Virus record (IMG/VR): IMGVR_UViG_2675903408_000004
Location: 1 to 64,000 of that record
Length of the DNA: 64,000 nucleotides
Strand: one strand, 5' to 3'
Source: an uncultured virus (IMG/VR IMGVR_UViG_2675903408_000004)
Lineage: Duplodnaviria; Heunggongvirae; Uroviricota; Caudoviricetes
The notes beneath the pieces were generated by a model. It was not told the origin of the DNA, did no database searches, and saw nothing but the letters and a program-made list of their open reading frames with translations. Shown here in pieces: positions 59,348 to 64,000 of this stretch (position 1 is its first letter; every line of letters starts with the position of its first letter). A program made the position numbers and the translations under genes.

Positions 59348-59682
59348 CTGAAGATGAAATAATAAATAACATTGGGAATCAAATTAAAGAAAGTGAATAC
59401 TTCAAAAAAGGTTTTAAAGCTGGAGCTGAGTATAAAAATCGGTTGGAGAGTAAAGTTAATGAGCTTGAAACATTGCTTCTTGAGTTTATCGGATATGAAG
59501 ATGAGTGGTTGTTAACTAAAGCAAAACTAAAGAAAACAAATAGAGAAGTGCTTGCTGAAATAGTTATTAATCAACGCCAGCTTATGAGGGAGCTATATAA
59601 TAAATTAGACAATAAAACAAAAATAGAACTAAAAAAGAGAGTAGAAAGTTGCATTTGGCCAATTATGCACAATGAGGATTAA
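59344..59682 (+). CDS. Hypothetical helical protein
   Basis: ATGA overlap with previous gene. Confidence 0.65.
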   Translation: MTEDEIINNIGNQIKESEYFKKGFKAGAEYKNRLESKVNELETLLLEFIGYEDEWLLTKAKLKKTNREVLAEIVINQRQLMRELYNKLDNKTKIELKKRVESCIWPIMHNED

Positions 59683-59733
59683 CCCTCATTGTGTTTAGGT
59701 AAAATAAGAAATTCATTGATTTAACAACAAATA

Positions 59734-59785
59734 AAGAATAAAAATAAAATATATACTTGAAATTCTGACAACTATGAGGTATATT
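59734..59785 (+). promoter_or_regulatory. aimR promoter with upstream repeated motif
   Basis: AAGAATAAAAATAAAAT then TTGAAA-17-TATATT. Confidence 0.6.
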
Positions 59786-59827
59786 ATAAACAAGGGAAGT
59801 GATAAGTGAATAAAGGGGGGAGACAAG

Positions 59828-60982
59828 TTGAAATTAAAACAGTTGATTAAGAACGAATGCGAAAAAGATAATCAGCTTGCAGCTAGACTTGCTAAATTGG
59901 CCGGTTATGAAAAAGTAAATGGTTTTTATAAGTTTGTGAACACCCCAGAAAAAGAAATGGAAAACATAGAAGGTTTAATAAACATCGTAAAAAGCTTGTT
60001 TCCTGATAATGAAAAACAGCTATTAAGTGAATACTTCTTAGAATTAGACCCTAACAAAAAATGTGCAAGACACTCGGTTGAATATTCCGATTTAAATCAG
60101 TGGGATGAGCTTACTGACCAGTTAATTAAAAATCTTTGTGAATCAACTAATTCAATAAGCCGTGAATGGGGTCAGATTTACTCTATACATAGAAGATTAA
60201 ATAAAAGTGAAATTACGTTAAATGATGCTATAAGAGAAACGGGTAAATTCAGAATAAAAACCCCTGAAATGTTTTTATTTTCAAACATATTAATTATGTA
60301 CGAATATCTGAAAATTGGTGAATTCGGTTTAATGAAAAGCACTTCGCAATTTTTAGATATAGAAGAGTTACCTGATGGATTTATTAAAGAATGTTATTAT
60401 GGCCGAATTGAACTTTTAAAAGCCAATATATCCTTGAATGACTACGAATTAGAAGATACCAGGATTCATTGCCAAAAAGTTATTGAAAGTACAAATAACA
60501 ATAGATTAATTGTATTTGGTTATTTGACATATGGAAACACATTTATATTTGAAGATTATGAAGAAGCTAAATTATGTTATGAAAAGGGGATGGAATACGC
60601 AAAAGAAAATCCTCATCACGTCTACAAATTAGAGCTAGCTCTTTGCTTTCTTAATAATGTTTGGGCAAAAGATAATAAATGGATTGATTTTCAGTCAAAC
60701 GAGATACCGGATATGATTGAGGTTGCCTATTATTTAGTCAACATGAAGGAACTAGAGAAAGCAGCATCAATTATAGAAAAAATCGAGAAATTGAATGTTT
60801 TGGATGATGACTTAGGATTTCTAAATCATGTTAAAGGTCTACTGTATGATGATGTCTCCTTCTTTCATGAAAGCATAAAGAAGTTCAAAAAATCCGGCGA
60901 TAAACTTTGTTTAAATTTGCCTCTTATTGAACTTAAAAAACGTGGATATACAGATGAAATATTGAATTTAATTTCACTCTAA
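59828..60982 (+). CDS. aimR: Arbitrium peptide receptor AimR
   Basis: HTH-like N-terminus (LIKNECEKDNQLAARLAKLAGY), TPR body, 384 aa, followed by aimP. Confidence 0.92.
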   Translation: MKLKQLIKNECEKDNQLAARLAKLAGYEKVNGFYKFVNTPEKEMENIEGLINIVKSLFPDNEKQLLSEYFLELDPNKKCARHSVEYSDLNQWDELTDQLIKNLCESTNSISREWGQIYSIHRRLNKSEITLNDAIRETGKFRIKTPEMFLFSNILIMYEYLKIGEFGLMKSTSQFLDIEELPDGFIKECYYGRIELLKANISLNDYELEDTRIHCQKVIESTNNNRLIVFGYLTYGNTFIFEDYEEAKLCYEKGMEYAKENPHHVYKLELALCFLNNVWAKDNKWIDFQSNEIPDMIEVAYYLVNMKELEKAASIIEKIEKLNVLDDDLGFLNHVKGLLYDDVSFFHESIKKFKKSGDKLCLNLPLIELKKRGYTDEILNLISL

Positions 60983-61012
60983 ATGTTGACATCCTTGAAA
61001 GGAGGTGAGAAA

Positions 61013-61138
61013 ATGAAGAAAATTTACTTCGGTCTTGTTATTTTACTTGCATTAGCTGTTGGTTTCGTAAGTGGTCAACAATCTGTTGAAACTGCAAGTG
61101 GAGATGTTACAGTAGCCTCTGCTAGTCGTGGGGCGTAA
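61013..61138 (+). CDS. aimP: Arbitrium pro-peptide AimP (41 aa), mature SASRGA
   Basis: Manual translation MKKIYFGLVILLALAVGFVSGQQSVETASGDVTVASASRGA; SD AAAGGAGGTGA. Confidence 0.92.
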   Translation: MKKIYFGLVILLALAVGFVSGQQSVETASGDVTVASASRGA

Positions 61139-61167
61139 AAAACAAATATAATACATAATACTGTCTT

Positions 61168-61200
61168 AGACGTTTGATCCATTGGATCAGGCGTCTTTTC
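61168..61200 (+). terminator. Terminator after aimP
   Basis: AGACGTTTGATCC / GGATCAGGCGTCT plus TTTTC. Confidence 0.75.
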
Positions 61201-61213
61201 TAATTTTAAGGGA

Positions 61214-61250
61214 AAGTTCCAGGAATTCTAAAACTGAAAAATGAGAACAT
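61214..61250. promoter_or_regulatory. Putative AimR operator
   Basis: AAGTTC-N25-GAACAT imperfect inverted repeat, the known AimR box geometry, just upstream of aimX. Confidence 0.65.
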
Positions 61251-61262
61251 GGGGGAATTAGA

Positions 61263-61418
61263 ATGAAAAAACAATTATTACAAACATTTTCTTATGAAGA
61301 AATGGCAAAAGGCTATGAAGAAATGGCTGCAATCAATTCAACAATAGCACAAGAGGATAATCACCTTGAGAATGAAGCGGAAATGGCTAGATCACGACAT
61401 AAAACCTTGGCTTCCTAA
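61263..61418 (+). CDS. aimX: AimX (51 aa), MazE-mimic
   Basis: Manual translation MKKQLLQTFSYEEMAKGYEEMAAINSTIAQEDNHLENEAEMARSRHKTLAS. Confidence 0.85.
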   Translation: MKKQLLQTFSYEEMAKGYEEMAAINSTIAQEDNHLENEAEMARSRHKTLAS

Positions 61419-61448
61419 GCAGAATGAAACTAAATAAAATAGACATTT

Positions 61449-61475
61449 TAAACACATCGAGCACATGTGTTTATT
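61449..61475 (+). terminator. Hairpin after aimX
   Basis: TAAACACAT-CGAGCAC-ATGTGTTTA. Confidence 0.5.
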
Positions 61476-61479
61476 TGTC

Positions 61480-61531
61480 TAGAATAAAAATAAAATTAAT
61501 TATTGCATAATCTGTTGGCAACGGATATAAT
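61480..61531 (+). promoter_or_regulatory. sigmaA promoter of the repressor (sro) operon with upstream repeated motif
   Basis: TAGAATAAAAATAAAAT then TTGCAT-17-TATAAT. Confidence 0.75.
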
Positions 61532-61568
61532 GAAGATACATAAGATAACGTTGTTGGGAGATGGGACT

Positions 61569-61775
61569 ATGGAAGAATCAAATAAAAACGAAGAGTATAA
61601 GGTTACTTCATTAAGACAGTATCAATACATAAAACAACTTAAGAGCTTTACTCGTGTTAATCTTCATATGGAAGATCCAGATGTGTTTACACCTAATAAT
61701 GTTACTACAATGAGAAGAAATCATAAAGAGCATATGCTTATTAAGGATCAAAATAATACAATTAAATGCATATAA
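61569..61775 (+). CDS. Small first gene of the repressor operon (68 aa)
   Basis: SD before ATG 61569; position corresponds to the phi3T_93-type lysogeny factor (inferred from position only). Confidence 0.55.
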   Translation: MEESNKNEEYKVTSLRQYQYIKQLKSFTRVNLHMEDPDVFTPNNVTTMRRNHKEHMLIKDQNNTIKCI

Positions 61776-61791
61776 GGAGAATAAAAATAAA

Positions 61792-62037
61792 ATGATCAAC
61801 AATAAATTTTATACCGAAGAAAATAAAAAGAAAGTCTGGAAAAAGCATATGATTGTCTTGAAATTCTTAGAGCAACCAGGAATATCAGAAGCATATCTTA
61901 ATTACTTGCAGGAAGAAATTCATAATGATGAATGGATAGGGTTTGAAAATGAATTTTTTGAGGAACTGACTGGCAAACCTGTTATAAATGTAGGCGACAA
62001 AATTCAAGCGACAAAACAATATTCAGCTGTTCATTGA
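61792..62037 (+). CDS. yopM: YopM-like small protein
   Basis: KKVWKKHMIVLKFLEQPGISEAYL sequence and synteny. Confidence 0.6.
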   Translation: MINNKFYTEENKKKVWKKHMIVLKFLEQPGISEAYLNYLQEEIHNDEWIGFENEFFEELTGKPVINVGDKIQATKQYSAVH

Positions 62038-62236
62038 GTAAATAATTTTATACTTAAAGTAGGTGCTTTATTGAATATATCTATTTTGATTAAGTTGCTA
62101 GACGTTTATGACTTAATGAAGCAAATAGAAATCTGCAATGCAAATATTATGCTGCTAAGAAGCTCTAATCAAGATACTGACTGGTTAAATTTGTGGTATG
62201 ATTTAGATAATTATTTAATGGATAAAATTAAATGAG

Positions 62237-63307
62237 GTGGAAACCTTGGAAATGAAAAAGCAAACACCATCTGTTAGGGATTACTCCATTTTTAATGACA
62301 TAAATAGATGGTTTGATGAATTAGATTTGAGAAATAGGGACGACAAATCAGTATACATTGAAAAGTCTAATACTAGAACCACCTATGAAAGGCATATTAG
62401 AGAATTCTTTAATTATCAAGTTGGAAAGGATATTGAATATTTAAATGATGAAGATGTAATAATAAAAAAGAATGATTTAATGGATTATAGGATTTATTTG
62501 GCTAAAAATAAAAACAATACAAATGCAACGATTAATAATAAAATCGCAGCACTGAAAAGTTTAATTAAATTCTTGGAGTCAGAGCACGACTGTGACTCAA
62601 GCGTTTTTAATTTTAGACCATTGCCGACAGAGAAGAATCCAGCTGGTTCATTTGAGGGGATTCCTGAAGCTGAAGAGTTTGCGGAAGCTGCATTTATCCA
62701 TGAGAGACAAAACAGGTTAATGAAAAAGCTCTTTATTTTATTCAGTGTACGCACAGGCGCAAGAAAGTCAGAAGTCTTACGAGTAAAATGGGAAGACATA
62801 ACGTATTCATCAAAGTACGATTGTTACTTAGTCAATTTCAAGAAGACTAAACAGAAGAAAGCGAGACCAGTAGGTATTTCTAGCTCCTTTTATGAGGAGT
62901 TGTTAACACTCAAGAATGAGTATGGTGACCATGAGCTGATTTTTCATAAATTAACTGTAGACTCAATTAATGATATGTGGCACAGAGTTTGTAGAGTACT
63001 AAATATTCCACAGGAAAGAAATCTTAGGCCACACAGTTTACGAAATACAGCCACTAATTTTTCTTACAATGTAAGCGGAGACATTAAAAAAGTGGCAGCA
63101 TTTTCAGGACATAAAAACATCAATGTGCTAAATGACCATTATCTAAATAAGGAAAGGGATTATTCTCAAGATCCTGGTGTTTTAATTGATCAAGATATAG
63201 ATATTGATTTCCTGGACTCTGTTACATTAGACCAGTTTACACGGTTCTTTTTAGATTGTGATGTTTCCACTCGTAAGAAGCTCAAAAAATTTTTAGAATT
63301 AAAATAA
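62237..63307 (+). CDS. yopP: Tyrosine recombinase-fold protein of the repressor operon
   Basis: GARKSE, KTK, HSLR, SGH, HY motifs. Confidence 0.8.
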   Translation: METLEMKKQTPSVRDYSIFNDINRWFDELDLRNRDDKSVYIEKSNTRTTYERHIREFFNYQVGKDIEYLNDEDVIIKKNDLMDYRIYLAKNKNNTNATINNKIAALKSLIKFLESEHDCDSSVFNFRPLPTEKNPAGSFEGIPEAEEFAEAAFIHERQNRLMKKLFILFSVRTGARKSEVLRVKWEDITYSSKYDCYLVNFKKTKQKKARPVGISSSFYEELLTLKNEYGDHELIFHKLTVDSINDMWHRVCRVLNIPQERNLRPHSLRNTATNFSYNVSGDIKKVAAFSGHKNINVLNDHYLNKERDYSQDPGVLIDQDIDIDFLDSVTLDQFTRFFLDCDVSTRKKLKKFLELK

Positions 63308-63391
63308 AAGTGATATAAATAATCATATAAATGCTTTACTTGTACGTTAATGTAATGATAAATTTAATATGATTATGTGTGAGGTGATACT

Positions 63392-64000
63392 GTGGTTCAG
63401 GATCTGTTGACAACAGATAAGCTTTTAAAGCTTAAAAATAAAATAGAAGAAGTTGCTTCTGATATTAAACATGATTCCAGAAAAGTAAGGGAAATAAAAG
63501 CAGTCATGGGAGCGCAGTATAAAACGCTGCCTGGTTATGTACAAGAAATCTTGAATAATAATGATAATAACATTCAACGCTTGAATGAAAAGGAAGTTTA
63601 TATTTTCTCTAAAGAACTACACAAACTTACTGGCGTAGCTGCTTTAGATCCTTTGAGTTATTTCCCACCAAGGCTAGCTAAGGAGTTAGAGGGCGGAAGA
63701 ATTTTTGCCGGTGAAGAGGTTCTAACACTTCCTTATACATTTAAAAACGTAATAAAAATAAATGAAGACAACTATGTGACTTCAATTACTGCGAAAGAAT
63801 TAAGTGAACTATATAATAGCTCAATACTACAATACAACTATAATACTCAACGTGAAGGCAGATTCATTAAGGGAAGCTTAATACCTGTTCCAAAGACTAA
63901 TCCTAAATCAGTTGAAGAGATTAAAGAACTATTTAAAAAAGGCGACTTAATTGTGTCTATGTTTACATTTAATGCACGGTTCGGTACTTCAGATGAGGAT
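63392..64000 (+). CDS. yopQ: YopQ-like (DndB/ParB-like) protein, truncated by window end
   Basis: SD GAGGTGA and GTG 63392; open to the end; YNYNTQR...SVEEIKELF...FTFNAR matches YopQ as remembered. Confidence 0.75.
   Translation, partial: MVQDLLTTDKLLKLKNKIEEVASDIKHDSRKVREIKAVMGAQYKTLPGYVQEILNNNDNNIQRLNEKEVYIFSKELHKLTGVAALDPLSYFPPRLAKELEGGRIFAGEEVLTLPYTFKNVIKINEDNYVTSITAKELSELYNSSILQYNYNTQREGRFIKGSLIPVPKTNPKSVEEIKELFKKGDLIVSMFTFNARFGTSDED

Larger units (their letters stand above)
1..64000. mobile_element. Interior of an SPbeta/phi3T-like temperate Bacillus phage (prophage); both ends lie outside the window
   Basis: Gene order yolD-uvrX-lysis-yom/yon structural operon-yonO-yonT-yonV-yopB-aimR-aimP-aimX-yopP-yopQ matches SPbeta-family synteny. 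Confidence 0.97.

Noticed and set aside
61455..61475. Possible LexA (SOS) box after aimX
   Set aside because: Too many mismatches to CGAAC-N4-GTTCG; better explained as a hairpin.

Overview
The whole window is the interior of an SPbeta/phi3T-like (Spbetavirus-type) temperate phage or prophage of the Bacillus subtilis group. No attachment site or host gene is visible. From left to right it holds: yolD-uvrX; a Rap-Phr pair where SPbeta carries the sublancin cluster; the lysis genes; the minus-strand tail, head and packaging operon (yomE to yonK) with several morons; a ~1.65 kb ORF-poor, heavily base-paired interval that begins with a tRNA-like element; HU (yonN); the single-subunit RNA polymerase yonO; the yonT/SR6 type I toxin-antitoxin locus; yonV; an early accessory region (LPD29-like protein, orphan adenine MTase, many small ORFs); and the arbitrium locus (aimR, aimP with peptide SASRGA, MazE-like aimX) followed by the start of the repressor operon. 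The best leads are: (1) the putative large structured ncRNA(s) between yonN and yonK; (2) a recurring ATAAAA-N6-TTTTAT palindrome at gene-cassette junctions that looks like a tyrosine-recombinase core site; (3) two adjacent small genes that resemble fragments of the phage's own terminase and tape measure, possibly decoys; (4) a repeated operator-like 16-mer at early promoters. Gene names come from remembered SPbeta synteny, protein sizes and motifs, not from database searches.
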